From assembly GCA_010909165.1 (NCBI GenBank), contig MU008155.1:2420773-2484772 (forward strand): a stretch of 64,000 nucleotides of DNA, written 5' to 3'. Below the pieces are notes generated by a model. The model worked only from the letters and a program-made list of their open reading frames with translations, was not told the origin of the DNA and did not search any database. The translations under genes were made by a program, and so were the position numbers. Below, piece after piece: positions 1-14,195 of this stretch (the first letter of the stretch is position 1; each line of letters starts with the position of its first letter). This stretch comes from Anthoceros angustus (taxonomy: Eukaryota > Plantae > Anthocerotophyta).

Positions 1-909
1 CTTCTTAGATCCATTGTTAAATACTCTAACGCCTTGGACTCACACTAGGGAGTTCAACACGTCATGGCTCACTCACCGGGAGGTCACTATGTGAGAAACT
101 TTGCCGAGCAATTGGAGCAACATAAGTCGCCAAGGGAGTGGATCGGCGCATTGGGAGAGGGAAAAGGGCATGAGGATCGGGAGAGAGAAGGGAAGGAAAG
201 AGGTAGGTATGTAGAGAAGATATGGGTGAAAAAGGATAACATGAGAAAACAATATAAATATGGAAGATGAAGAGAAGGGAAAATGGGAAAATGGGAAGGG
301 AGAAACAAAAGAAATGAGAGGATATGGAGAAATAGTAAAGAATCTTCCTCTTGAGCGAGGAATGTTTTATTGAAAGGCAAAAAAAAATGGTATATATACG
401 GCCGAGTGAGTTGTAAGCATCATCGAGCTTGAGAATGCCGAAACTTACTCAACTATATCAAATGCTATTAAACATTGTTTCGTCTTACCTTGCAACGTGC
501 CTAAACCTCACTTTGATCAGCCTAAGACCCCCATCTCCACAACACTCCCCTCGCGATCCGGTTCTTCGTTCTCGCGCCATGGCGTCCATCGGGCATGCTT
601 CTCTGCAATGTTCTCGGCATCCTCTCGACCATCCGGTGGCTTCTCAAGCTCGCGACTCACCCGATCTCAATGAGCCAAAAATTGAAAGCCTCGAGCAAGG
701 GAGTAGCCAGCAGATCCGAAAAGAGCGCGGGTGTTCCAGCAAGAGCGCAGCTTGCGGTCGGCCGCAAGATGCATGGCGGGCGTAAGTATAGAAAGGTTTA
801 GAATTGCGAACTCCAACCTTTGCCTCCGGATGACGGTGAGAAGAGCTTATGAAGAGTGGTGATCAAGGTGTCTTGGCGAGTCAACGTCTTCCCCTCAAGG
901 TTGGGGAGC

Positions 910-1258
910 TCGAGCTCCATCACCCGGATAAGCTTCCTTGCTCGTAGTCCTATACCTCTTACATGCTTCTCGTGGAGTACCTTGGTGTGCCTTGGTGAGC
1001 AGGTCGATTTATCGCCCTTGATGTCGACATCTTGGCCAAGCTCGCTTATGAGCAACCACATGGGATGAAATGGTGTTGTATCTCCACATGTTTGGTCCTT
1101 GTGTGCGAGGGGTTGGGTTGTAGGTCATGGCAATTGCATCTTGATGGTCGCATAGTAGTTTGGTTGGTTGATCCTGCTCCTCACGGATGTCGCTCAGAAT
1201 TGTCGAATCAAGGAATCTCCTTTTGCCGCTAGGGAAGTTCTTTGCATACTCCGGTGGA
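910..1258 (-). pseudogene. Copia RNaseH C-terminal fragment (partial array copy)
   Basis: PTKLLCDHQDAIAMTYNP, RTKHVEIQHHFI. Confidence 0.85.
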
Positions 1259-2649
1259 GGGGCACACCATTCTAGCACCAAAACCTACAATTGTTGGTAT
1301 AAAAAGAGGAAAATGGAAAAGCATACGGCGATCATAATGGGGTCAGATGATACCAAGGAGCTCAATCATCCCTCACAGTTATTTGGTTGAGCTTGCTTCA
1401 GTTCGATTGGGTGGCTACACCGCATAGCCGGTGAAGTGCTCGCTCTCGGACGCAGGAAGAAATCCTTGGTTCATCCATCCATCCGGCTCCGAACCCACAA
1501 GAAAGTACTCTAGCGCCTTGAGCTCACAAGAAAGTATTTGAGCGCCTTCAAACTCACGGACCAATACTTTAGTGCCTTCCAACTCACAGGATAATAGTCT
1601 AGCGCCTTCAAACTCACAGGACCCATACTCTCGCCTTCCAACTTACGAGGATAATACTCTAGCGCCTTCAAACTCATAGAAAAATATTCTAGTGCCTTCC
1701 AACTCACAGGATAATACTCTAGCGCCTTCAAACTCACGGAAAAATATATTTGGCTCCTTCTTAGATCCATTGTTAAATACTCGCCCGGACTCACACTAGG
1801 GAGTTCAACACGTCATGGCTCACTCACCGGGAGGTCACTATGTGAGAAACTTTGCCGAGCAATTGGAGCAACATAAGTCGGGAGTGTGGATCGGCGCATT
1901 GGGAGAGGGAAAAGGGCATGAGGATCGGGAGAGAGAAGGGAAGGAAAGAGAGAGGTATGTAGAGAAGATATGGGTGAAAAAGGATAACATGAGAAAACAA
2001 TATAAATATGGAAGATGAAGAAGGGAAAATGGGAAAATGGGAAGGGAGAAACAAAAGAAATGAGAGGATATGGAGAAATAGTAAATCTTCCTCTTGAGCG
2101 AGGAATGTTTTATTGAAAGGCAAAAAAAAATGGTATATATACACGGCCGAGTGAGTTATAGCTATCGATGTTGAGAATGCCGAAACTTACTCAACTATAT
2201 CAAATGCTATTAAACATTGTTTCGTCTTACCTTCGCGTGCCTAAACCTCACTTTGATCAGCCGTCTAAGACCCCCATCTCCACAACACTCCCCTGTTCGA
2301 TCCGGTTCTTCGTTCTACGCCGCCATGACGTCCATCGTGCATGCTTCTCTGCAATTTCCTCGGCATCCTCTCGACCATCCGGTGGCTTCTCAAGCTCGCG
2401 ACTCACCCGATCTCAATGAGCCAAAAATTGAAAGCCTCGAGCAAGGGAGTAGCCAGCAGATCCGAAAAGAGCGCGGATGTTCCGCAAGAGCTTGCGGTCG
2501 GCCGCAAGATGCATGGCGGGCGTAAGTATAGAAAGGTTTAGAATTGCGAACTCCAACCTTTGCCTCCGGATGACGGTGAGAAGAGCTTATGAAGAGTGGT
2601 GATCAAGGTGTCTTGGCGGTCAACGTCTTCCCCTCAAGGTTCCGGGGAG

Positions 2650-3610
2650 CTCGAGCTCCATCACCCGGATAAGCTTCCTTGCTCAGTCCTATACCTCTTA
2701 CATGCTTCTCGTGGAGTACCTTGGGTACTGCCTTGGTGAGCGTGTCGATTTGTTATCGCCAGATGTCGACATCGTAGGCGCTGCTGAGCAACCACCGTGG
2801 GATGAAATGGTGTTGTATCTCCACATGTTTGGTCCTTGTGTGGTTGGGTTGTAGGTCATTGCATCTTGATGGTCGCATAGTAGTTTGGTTGGTTGATCCG
2901 CTCCTCCGGATGTCGCCAGAATTGTCGAATCCAAGGAATCTCCTTTTGCCGCTAGGGAAGTTGCATACTCCGCCGGTGGAGGCATAGCAAGCAATTGCAT
3001 CCCTGTGAGACTAACCCGTTGTTGAGGATCATGCGGTAGCTGCGGTAGACTTGCGTGCATCCGGATCTCCCGATGCATTTGAGTAGGAGGTTAACTAGTA
3101 CAAGCTTCTGGAAGTGGTGTTTTGTATACAAGTCCAAGGGATTTGCAGCCCTTCAAGTAGCGGAGGATGCGCTTGACGCTAGTCCAGGGCTCTCCCATGG
3201 TTGGAGAGGTATCTTGATGCAATATTCACGACTGTGACATGTCCGCTGGTCCACATTGCCAAATAGAGTAGGCTAGCCATACAGCCTCGGTAGGGCACTT
3301 GGGACATCTCATGAGCTTCTTACGGGTTGTGGGGCGATCCATGGATAGCTTCTCGGAAGCAATAGGAGTGGAGACGGGCTTGGCATCGCTCGGCTTCAAT
3401 CTCTCCAAGACAGTCGGCCAGTGTCGCGGATGAACAAGGCGCTGCAGAGGGTGTGCATGAACGCACATCGAGAGCGCATCAAGGGGTCCCTTGAGTGCGA
3501 CGGTGCAATGATTACCTACGAAAGTGATTGTAAGGTGGTGTTTAGTTGCTAGCTTGCACACTAATAGCAAGTTCTTGGTCATTGCAGGCGCGTGGAGAAC
3601 GCCATTAATG
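2650..3610 (-). pseudogene. Copia RT C-terminus plus RNaseH fragment, array copy
   Basis: KPVSTPIAS, LLYLAMWT, VNIASRYLSNHGRAH.TSVKRILRYLKG, GDPDARKS, EAEYAATSLAAK, PTKLLCD, RTKHVEIQHHFI; frameshifted. Confidence 0.9.
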
Positions 3611-4253
3611 GTGAGCTCTCCATCTTCCCTTCCCTTCCCTATGATGGCTTCACGATAAGCTCACATGCATAGAATAAATATTATTTTGATAAATTAAAAT
3701 AATGTATGATATAAACTAATATTTACATAAATCATGAATATTACTATTTTCATTTAGATATTATAAACTTAATCAGATTGTACTATAATAAATACTAAAA
3801 TACAATATAGTAACCCTTTACCTATTGAAAACTTATTTAATAATCTATTAATAAATAAAATCTCAAACTCATCGAAATATGGGACATGGGGCATGGAACT
3901 CGTTTTTCTATTTGGGCTATATATGTATGTGAGCCCCACCATCTATATTCAAACATGATATATCCAATCTCATTGTATGATAAAGAATACTATGGGACAT
4001 AGTGCATGGAACCCATTTTTCCTATTTGGGCTATATATGTATGTGAGCACTATATTCAAACATCATATATCCAATCTTGATGTATGCTAAAGAATATCAT
4101 TATCACCCATTCTTTTGAATTTTATTAGAATGTTTAGTTTTCTCGCCGGTTCTCTCTTGAGGTTATCATTAGTTTGATCTTTGTAGTTACCTATCCATAT
4201 TCCTTTGGGTTCTTTCTTTATTCTTATTTGCCTTTGGTCCTTTCTAGTCTATT

Positions 4254-5200
4254 ATGGCTAATGATGATGCTCCGTTAGCGTTGTACCTTACACATGGGTG
4301 GAATGATTCCTAGAATCGGATGCCCACATTGGTTTCTACATTGAAGACGCAAGGAAGCATGAGGATGAGGTGGTGACGCTCCTTCCTTACCTTGGAACTT
4401 CCAAGCTAAAGACCCTTCCGACCGCTTTCTAAGTATACCTTGAAGTTGGTAGGCGTGGTCGATTTGATCATGGAAGTCAAGCAAAGAAGACCTCAACCAC
4501 CTCCCACCATGGTGATCTAGAAAGGATGATGGCGATCGTGGTGGCGGGCACACCATCCCTAAGGCGCAACAAAATAGCGAGCATTGGGAGTGAAGACGTC
4601 GACTGCGGGCATGGTGATGGAGGAGGTCCGGACCACGAGGTATCACGGAGTGCATTGGCATTCTATTCACAAGTCGTATAATGTGTATCGATGGCACGCT
4701 ACGTCAACTCACCAACTCGTGAAGAAGTTCCACCAGTTCATTTGGGGCGGTTGAAAGGACATAGATGCGGCCATTCGGGACTTGGTGCAAATCAAGTTGT
4801 TTTATGTGGCTTCAAGCGTCGAATCGAGTGAAGCTCAACTTCAAAGATCCCGCATCCTTAGAGACATATCTCGATTACGTGGATTGGGTGGCCATCACAG
4901 TTGGAAGTAATAGGGTTTGTGAGGATGGAAGTTCAACAAAAGCGCAAATTCTTCTCCGTAGTGCATGCGGAGGCCTTCCACATGGTGTGTATATCGGAGA
5001 AGAAGAGATGAAACAACTGCAGATGTGCCAAAAGATGCTCGTAGGAGACCACATATGAGGCTTTCGTTTTGAGAGCAGTCAAGGCCAAATAGGTGCAGTC
5101 CAGAAGTTGTTGAGGTTGAGGGGCACACCATTCTAGCACCAAAACCTACAATTGTTGGTATAAAAAGAGGAAGTGGAAAAGCATCAATAGTAAAGCGATC
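4254..5200 (+). pseudogene. Degenerate Copia gag-like (UBN2-type) segment, array copy
   Basis: Frame-mosaic motifs LPWNFQAK, ILFTSRIM..DG, KKFHQFI, DLVQIKL, EVIGFVRMEVQQ and a Zn-knuckle-like tail NCWYKKRK follow Copia gag order; multiple frameshifts. Confidence 0.5.
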
Positions 5201-5494
5201 ATAATGTAAATGTATGATAAAGAATACTATGGGACATAGTGCATGGAACCCATTTTTCCTATTTGGGCTATATATGTATGTGAGCCCCACTATATTCAAA
5301 CATCATATATCCAATCTTGATGTATGCTAAAGAATATCATTATCACCCATTCTTTTGAATTTTATTAGAATGTTTAGTTTTCTCATCGGTTCTCTCTTGA
5401 GGTTATCATTAGTTTGATGTCAGAGAGTTACCTATCCATATTCCTTTGGGTTCTTTCTTTATTCTTATTTGCCTTTGGTCCTTTCTAGTCTATT

Positions 5495-6485
5495 ATGGCT
5501 AATGATGATGCTCCGTTAGCGTTGTACCTTACACATGGGTGGATGATTCCTAGAATCGGATGCCCACATTGGTTTCTACATTGAAGACGCAAGGAAGCAT
5601 GAGGATGAGGTGGTGACGCTCCTTCCTTACCTTGGAACTTCCAAGCTAAAGACCCTTCCGGACCGCTTTCTAAGTATACCTTGAAGTTGGTAGACGTGGT
5701 CGATTTGATCATGGAAGTCAAGCAAAGAAGACCTCAACCATGCCCTCCCACCATGGTGATCTAGAAAGGATGATGACGATCGTGGTGGAAGCACCACCAT
5801 CCCTAAGGCGCAACAAAATAAATTGGGAGTGAAGACGTCTTTAATGTGCATGGTGATGGAGGAGGTCCAACGAGGTATCACGAGTGCATTGGCATTCTAT
5901 TCACAAGTCGTATAATGTGTATCGATGGCACGCCACGTCGACTCACTCGGCAAGAAGTTCCACCAGTTCATTTGGGGCGTCAAAAGGACATAGATGCGAT
6001 TCTGGGACTTGGTGCAAATCAAGTTGTTTTATGTGGCTTCAAGCGAATACGAGTGAAGCTCAACTTCAAAGATCCGCATCCTTAGAGACATATCTACAGG
6101 CTCGCAACATCGGATTGGGTGGCCATCACAGTTGGCGAAGTAATAGGGTTTGTGAGGATGGAAGTTCAACAAAAGCGCAAATTCTTCTCCGTAGTGCATG
6201 CGGAGGCCTTCCACATGGTGTGTATATCGGAGAAGAAGAGATGAAACAACTGCAGATGTGCCAAAAGATGCTCGTAGGGAGACCACATATGAGGCTTTCG
6301 TTTTGAGAACAAGGCCAAATAGGTAGGTCCAAGTTGTTGAGGTTGAGGGGCACACCATTCTAGCACCAAAACCTACAATTGTTGGTATAAAAAGAGGAAG
6401 TGGAAAAGCATACGACCAAAGGCGATCATAATGGGGTCAGATGATACCAAGGAGCTCAATCATCCCTCACAGTTATTTGGTTGAG
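5495..6485 (+). pseudogene. Degenerate Copia gag-like segment, array copy
   Basis: Same sequence as the other copies, from atggctaatgatgatg to cagttatttggttgagc. Confidence 0.5.
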
Positions 6486-7744
6486 CTTGAGCTTCACCGA
6501 AGTTCCAGTTGGGTAGCTACCCATAGCGAAGTGCCGCTCGCTCAGGCTGCAGAAGAAATCCTTGGTTCATCCATCCATCCGGCTCCGAACCCACAAGAAA
6601 GTACTCTAGCGCCTTGAGCTCACAAGAAAGTATTTGAGCGCCTTCAAACTCACAGGACCAATACTTTAGTGCCTTCCAACTCAGGATAATAGTCTAGCGC
6701 CTTCAAACTCAGGACCCATACTCTCGCCTTCCAACTTACGAGGATAATACTCTAAGCGCCTTCAAACTCATAGAAAAATATTCTAGTGCCTTCCAACTCA
6801 CGGATAATACTCTAGCGCCTTCAAACTCCACGGAAAAATATATTTGGCTCTTCTTAGATCCATTGTTAAATACTCTAACGCCGGACTCACACTAGGGAGT
6901 TCAACACGTCATGGCTCACTCACAGGGGAGGTCACTATGTGAGAAACTTTGCCGAGCAATTGGAGCAACATAAGTCGCCAAGGGTGTGGATCGCATTGGG
7001 AGAGGGAAAAGGGCATGAGGATCGGAGAGAGAAGGGAAGGAAAGAGAGAGGTATGTAGAGAAGATATGGGTGAAAAAGGATAACATGAGAAAACAATATA
7101 AATATGGAAGATGAAGAGAAGGGGAAAATGGGAAAATGGGAAGGAGAAACAAAAGAAATGAGAGGATATGGAGAAATAGTAAAGAATCTTCCTCTTGAGC
7201 GAGGAATGTTTTATTGAAAGGCAAAAAAATGGTATATATACACGGCCGAGTGAGTTGTAATCATCATCGAGCTTGAGAATGCCGAAACTTACTCAACTAT
7301 ATCAAATGCTATTAAACATTGTTTTACGTCTTACCTTCCCATGGCGTGCCTAAACCTCACTTTGATCACCTCTAAGACCCCCATCTCCACAACACTCCCC
7401 TCGTTCGATCCGAGTTCTTCGTTCTCGCCGCCATGACGTCCATCGGGCATGCTTCTCTGCTGTTCCTCGGCATCCTCTCGACCATCCGGTGGCTTCTCAA
7501 GCTCGCGACTCACGATCTCACTATGAGCCAAAAATTGAAAGCCTCGAGCAAGTGGAGTAGCGAGCCGAGATCCAGTTCGCATAAGGCCTTGCGGTCGGCC
7601 GCAGATGCATGGCGGGCGTAAGTATAGAAAGGTTTAGAATTTGAACTCCAACCTTTGCCTCCGGATGGCGGTGAGAAGAGCTTATGAAGAGTGGTGATCA
7701 AGGTGTAAGTCAGCGTCTTCCCTCAAGGTTCGCCGAGGGAGCTC

Positions 7745-9050
7745 GAGCTCCATCACCCGGATAAGCTTCCTTGCTCGGTGTCCTATACCTCTTACATGCT
7801 TCTCGTGGAGTACCTTGACCGTGCCTTGGTGGCGGTCGATTTGTTATCGCCAGATGTCGACATCACCAAGCTTATGAGCAACCAACACATGGGATGAAAT
7901 GGTGTTGTATCTCCACATGTTTGGTCCTTGTGTGCGGGTTGGGTTGTAGGTCATAGCAATTGCATCTTGATGGTCGCATAGTAGTTTGGTTGGTTGATCC
8001 TGCTCCTCACGGATGTCGCTCGAGAATTGTCGAATCCAAGGAATCTCCTTTTGCCGCTAGGGAAGTTCTTGCATACTCCGCCGGTGGAGGACGGGCCATG
8101 CAAGCAATTGCATCCCTGTGAGACTAACCCGTTGTTGAGGATCATGCGATGCTGCGGTAGACTTGCGTGCATCCGGATCTCACCGATCTGCATTTGAGTA
8201 GGAGGTTAACTAGTACAAGCTTGCTGGAAGTGGTGTTTTGTATACAAGTCCAAGGGATTTGCAGCCCTTCAAGTAGCGGAGGATGCGCTGACGCTAGTCC
8301 GATGGGCTCTCCCATGGTTGGAGAGGTATCTTGATGCAATATTCACGACTGTGACATGTCCGCCCGGTCCACATTGCCAAATAGAGTAGGCTAGCAGCCC
8401 GGCCTCTGAGGGGCACTTGGGACATCTCATGAGCTTCTTACGAGTTGTGGGGTCATGGCGGATAGCTTCTCCGGAAGCAATAGGAGTGACGGGCTTGGCA
8501 TCGCTCGGCTTCAATCTCTCCGGCGCGGTGTCACAGCGGATGAACAAAAGCTGCCGGGGTATGCATGAGCGCACATCGAGAGGCGTCCAAGGGGCACCCT
8601 TCAAGTAGCGGAGGATGCGCTGACGCTAGTCCAAAGGGCTCTCCCATGGTTGGAGAGGTATCTTGATGCAATATTCACACTGTGACATGTCCGGCCCGGT
8701 CCACATTGCCAACAGTAGGCTAGCCGCCCACGGCCTCGGCCAGAGGGCACTTGGGACATCTCATGAGCTTCTTCCGAGGGCGCCATCGGCGGATAGCTTC
8801 TCCGGAAGCAATAGGAGTGGAGACTTGGCATCGCTCGGCTTCAATCTCCGGAAGTGTCGACGGTTGTCCCGACGGATGAACAGGCGCCGCGAATGCATGA
8901 ACGCACATCGAGAGCGCATCAAGGGGTCCCTTGAGTGCCGACGGTGCAATGATTACCTACGAAAGTGATTGTAAGGTGGTGTTTAGTTGCTAGCTTGCAC
9001 ACTAATAGCAAGTTCTTGGTCATTGCAGCACGTGGAGAACGCCATTAATG
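7745..9050 (-). pseudogene. Copia RT/RNaseH fragment with internal 332-bp duplication
   Basis: Same motifs; cccttcaagtagcgg at 8265 and again at 8597. Confidence 0.9.
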
Positions 9051-9704
9051 GTGAGCAGCTCTCCATCTTCCCTTCCCTTCCCTATACGATGGCTTCACGA
9101 TAAGCTCACATGCATAGAATAAATATTATTTTGATAAATTAAAATAATGTTGGATATAAACTAATATTTACATAAATCATGAATATTACTATTTTCATTT
9201 AGATATTATAAACTTAATCAGATTGTACTATAATAAATACTAAAATACAATATAGTAACCCTTTACCTATTGAAAAACTTATTTAATAATCTATTAATAA
9301 ATAAAATCTCAAACTCATCGAAATATGGGACATGGGGCATGGAACTCGTTTTTCTATTTGGGCTATATATGTATGAGCCCCACCATCTATATTCAAACAT
9401 GATATATCCAATCTCATTGTATGATAAAGAATACTATGGGACATAGTGCATGGAACCCATTTTTCCTATTTGGGCTATATATGTATGTGAGCCCCACTAT
9501 ATTCAAACATCATATATCCAATCTTGATGTATGCTAAAGAATATCATTATCACCCATTCTTTTGAATTTTATTAGAATGTTTAGTTTTCTCATCGGTTCT
9601 CTCTTGAGAGGTTATCATTAGTTTGATCTTTGTAGAGTTACCTATCCATATTCCTTTGGGTTCTTTCTTTATTCTTATTTGCCTTTGGTCCTTTCTAGTC
9701 TATT

Positions 9705-10715
9705 ATGGCTAATGATGATGCTCCGTTAGCGTTGTACCTTACACATGGGTGGATGATTCCTAGAATCGGATGCCCACATTGGTTTCTACATTGAAGACGC
9801 AAGGAAGCATGAGGATGAGGGTGGCGCTCCTTCTTACCTTGGAACTTCCAAGCTAAAGACCCTTCCGGACCGCTTTCTAAGTATACCTTGAAGTTGGTAG
9901 ACGTGGTCGATTTGATCATGGAAGTCAAGCAAAGAAGACCTCAACCACGACCTCCCACCATGGTGATCTAGAAAGGATGATGGCAGTGGCGGAAGCACCA
10001 CCATCCCTAAGGCGCAACAAAATAGCGCGAGCAATTTGGGAGTGAAGGCGTCGACTTTGCATGGTGATGGAGGAGGTCCGGACACGAGGTATCACGAGTG
10101 CATTGGCATTCTATTCACAAGTCGTATAATGTGTATCGATGGCACGCTACGTGCCGACTCACACTCATTGAAGAAGTTCCACCAGTTCATTTGGGGCGGT
10201 TCGAAAGGACATAGATGCAGCGATTCGGGACTTGGTGCAAATCAAGTTGTTTTTATGTGGCTTCAAGCGTCGAATACGAGTGAAGCTCAACTTCAAAGAT
10301 CCCGCATCCTTAGAGACATATCTCAGTTACCTTGGCCGGATTGGGTGGCCATCACAGTTGGCGGGAAGTAATAGGGTTTGTGAGGATGGAAGTTCAACAA
10401 AGCGCAAATTCTTCTCCCGTAGTGCATGCGGAGGCCTTCCACATGGTGTGTATATCGAGAAGAAGAGATGAAACAACTGCGAGATGTGCCAAAAGATGCT
10501 CGTGGGGAGACCACATATGAGGCTTTCGTTTTGAGAGATCAAGGCCAAATAGATGCGGTCCGGCAAGTTGTTGAGGTTGAGGGGCACACCATTCTAGCAC
10601 CAAAACCTACAATTGTTGGTATAAAAAGGAAGGAAAAACGACCGTAGTAAAGCGATCATAATGGGGCATATGATACCAAGGAGCTCAATCATCCCTCACA
10701 GTTATTTGGTTGAGC
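9705..10715 (+). pseudogene. Degenerate Copia gag-like segment, array copy
   Basis: Same motifs as the other copies. Confidence 0.5.
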
Positions 10716-11984
10716 TTGAGGCTTCACGGTTCAGTTGGGTAGCTACACTGCATAGCGGTGAGAAGTGCCGCTCGCTCTCGAGCTGCAGGAAGAAATCCTT
10801 GGTTCATCCATCCACTCCGAACCCACAAGAAAGTACTCTAGCGCCTTGAGCTCACAAGAAAGTATTTGGCGCCTTCAAACTCAGGACCAATACTTTAGTG
10901 CCTTCCAACTCACAGGATAATAGTCTAGCCTTCAAACTCACAGGACCCATACTCTCGCCTTCCAACTTGGGATAATACTCTAAGCGCCTTCAAACTCATA
11001 GAAAAATATTCTAGTGCCTTCCAACTCACGGATAATACTCTAAGCGCCTTCAAACTCACGAGAAAAATATATTTGGCTCCTTCTTAGATCCATTGTTAAA
11101 TACTCTAAGCGCGGACTCACACTAGGGAGTTCAACACGTCATGGCTCACTCACCTGGGAGGTCACTATGTGAGAAACTTTGCCGAGCAATTGGAGCAACA
11201 TAAGTCGCCAAGGGTGTGGATCGGCGCATTGGGAGAGGGAAAAGGGCATGAGGATCGGGAGGCGAGGAAGGAAGAAGAGGTATGTAGAGAAGATATGGGT
11301 GAAAAAGGATAACATGAGAAAACAATATAAATATGGAAGATGAAGAGAAGGGAAAATGGGAAAATGGGAAGGAGAAACAAAAGAAATGAGAGGATATGGA
11401 GAAATAGTAAAGAATCTTCCTCTTGAGCGAGGAATGTTTTATTGAAAGGCAAAAAAAATGGTATATATACGGCCGAGTGAGTTGTAATCATCGAGGCGGT
11501 TGAGAATGCCGAAACTTACTCAACTATATCAAATGCTATTAAACATTGTTTTACGCCTTACCGCGAAACGTGCCCTAAACCTCACTTTGATCGATGATCT
11601 AAGACCCCCATCTCCACAACACTCCCCTCGTTCGTCAAGTTCTTGTTCGCCATGACGTCCATCGGGCATGCTTCTCTGCATTTCCTCATCCTCTCGACCA
11701 TCCGGTGGCTTCTCAAGCTCGCGACTCACCCGATCTCACTATGAGCCAAAAATTGAAAGCCTCGAGCAAGCTGGAGTAGCGGGCCATGATCAAAAAGGCC
11801 GCGTGTTCCGAACACGCAAGAGCCGCCTTGGTCCCCATAAGATGCATGGCGGTAAGTATAGAAAGGTTTAGAATTGCGAACTCCAACCTTTGCCTCGGAT
11901 GGCGGTGAGAAGAGCTTATGAAGAGTGGTGATCAAGGTGTCTTGGCAAGTCAGCGTCTTCCCTCAAGGTTCGCCGAGGAGCTCG

Positions 11985-12945
11985 AGCTCCATCACCCATA
12001 AGCTTCCTTGCTCGAGTCCTATACCTCTTACATGCTTCTCGTGGAGTACCTTGCATGCCTTGGTGAGCGGTCGATTTGTTATCGCCGATATCGACATCTG
12101 TGGTACGCAAGCTTATGAGCAACCACACATGGGATGAAATGGTGTTGTATCTCCACATGTTTGGTCCTTGTGTGAGGAGTTGGGTTGTAGGTCATGGCAA
12201 TTGCATCTTGATGGTCGCATAGTAGTTTGGTTGGTTGATCCTGCTCCTCCGGATGTCGCTCGAGGTGTCGAATCAAGGAATCTCCTTTTGCCGCTAGAAG
12301 TTCTGCATACTCGCCGGTGGAGGCGGGCTGATCTGTAATTGCATCCCGGAGACTAACCGTTGTTGAGGATCATGCGATGGTACGGTGACTTGCGTGCATC
12401 CGGATCTCACCTTGATGCATTTGAGTAGGAGGTTAACTAGTACAAGCTTCTTGGAAGTGGTGTTTTGTATACAAGTCCAAGGGATTTGCAGCCTTCAAGT
12501 AGCGGAGGATGCGCTTGACGCTAGTCCGATGGGCTCTCCCATGGTTGGAGAGGTATCTTGATGCAATATTCACATGTGACATGTCGGCTGTCCACATTGC
12601 CAAATAGGTAGGCTAATATGCAGCCTCGTATAGGGCACTTGGGACATCTCATGAGCTTACGGGTTGTGGGGCGGTCCTTGACGGATAGCTTCTCGCCGGA
12701 AGCAATAGGAGTGGAGCGGGCTTGGCATCGCTCGGCTTCAATCTCTCCGGTGTGCGGTGTCACACAGCGGATGAACAAGGCGTTGCAGGTGTGCATGGGC
12801 GCACATCGAGAGCGCATCAAGGGGTCCCTTGAGTGCCGACGGTGCAATGATTACCTCTGAAGTGATTGTAAGGTGGTGTTTAGTTGCTAGCTTGCACACT
12901 AATAGCAAGTTCTTGGTCATTCGAGCGTGGAACGCCATTAATGGT
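11985..12945 (-). pseudogene. Copia RT/RNaseH fragment, array copy
   Basis: ORF 12079-12276 gives EQDQPTKLLCDHQDAIAMTYNPTPHTRTKHVEIQHHFI. Confidence 0.9.
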
Positions 12946-13993
12946 GAGCAGCTCTCCATCTTCCCTTCCCTTCCCTATCGGTGGCTTCGATAAGCTCACA
13001 TGCATAGAATAAATATTATTTTGATAAATTAAAATAACGAGATATAAACTAATATTTACATAAATCATGAATATTACTATTTTCATTTAGATATTATAAA
13101 CTTAATCAGATTGTACTATAATAAATACTAAAATACAATATAGTAACCCTTTACCTATTGAAAAACTTATTTAATAATCTATTAATAAATAAAATCTCAA
13201 ACTCATGAAATATGGGACATGGGGCATGGAACTCGTTTTTCTATTTGGGCTATATGTATGAGCCCCACCATCTATATTCAAACATGATATATCCAATCTC
13301 ATTGTATGATAAAGAATACTATGGGACATAGTGCATGGAACCCATTTTTCCTATTTGGGCTATATGTATATGAGCCCCACTATATTCAAACATCATATAT
13401 CCAATCTTGATGTATGCTAAAGAATATCATTATCACCCATTCTTTTGAATTTTATTAGAATGTTTAGTTTTCTCATCGGTTCTCTCTTCAGTGGTTATCA
13501 TTAGTTTGATGTTGTAGAGTTACCTATCCATATTCCTTTGGGTTCTTTCTTTATTCTTATTTGCCTTTGGTCCTTTCTAGTCTATTATGGCTAATGATGA
13601 TGCTCCGTTAGCGTTGTACCTTACACATGGGTGGAGTTCCTAGAATCGGATGCCCACATTGGTTTCTACATTGAAGGCAGGAAGCATGAGGATGAGGTGG
13701 TGACGCTCCTTCCTTACCTTGGAACTTCCAAGCTAAAGACCCTTCCGGACCGCTTTCTAAGTATACCTTGAAATGGTATGGTTGTGGTGAAGTCCAAGAA
13801 GACTCGGTCACTCACTATGCCACACTTATCCCCACCCGTCGTTGGGTTTCGTCCATGAGACTTGTGTGAAAGTTCGAGGCCTTGTGTCAATCGCTACACA
13901 CACAACTCTCGGCCTTCTCAGCAAGCAAAGGCGCCACTACTCTCCCTCTCACAGCAGTGCAGCCTTTGCCCGAATCGCCAATCCTCGACCACA

Positions 13994-14195
13994 ACGACAC
14001 AAAACAATTGCAGGTTGCCTCGTGACAAGGAGCCTACCACGGGCGCCTGTGGACCCCGGTTCACACCGCGATTTCGTCCCTACTTAAGACCAAACTTGAC
14101 CTAGCGACACAACACAATTCACAGTCCATCGGAAGAGCCTACCACGGCGAGGACCCCAGTTCACACCTTGATTCGTCCCTACTTCTAAGACTCTT
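13994..14195. repeat. Two ~105-bp diverged direct repeats
   Basis: agcctaccacgg..ggacccc.gttcacacc..gatt(t)cgtccctactt at 14031 and 14136. Confidence 0.85.

Noticed and set aside
87-380. Recurrent hydrophobic ORF MPFNKTFLAQEEDSLLFLHILSFLLF... as a membrane protein
   Set aside because: It is the translation of the CT-rich strand of the purine-rich segment; frame and length differ between copies.
13776-13784. gtatggttg as a 9-bp Mutator-type TSD
   Set aside because: The motif is absent from empty-site monomers and no terminal inverted repeats flank the insert.
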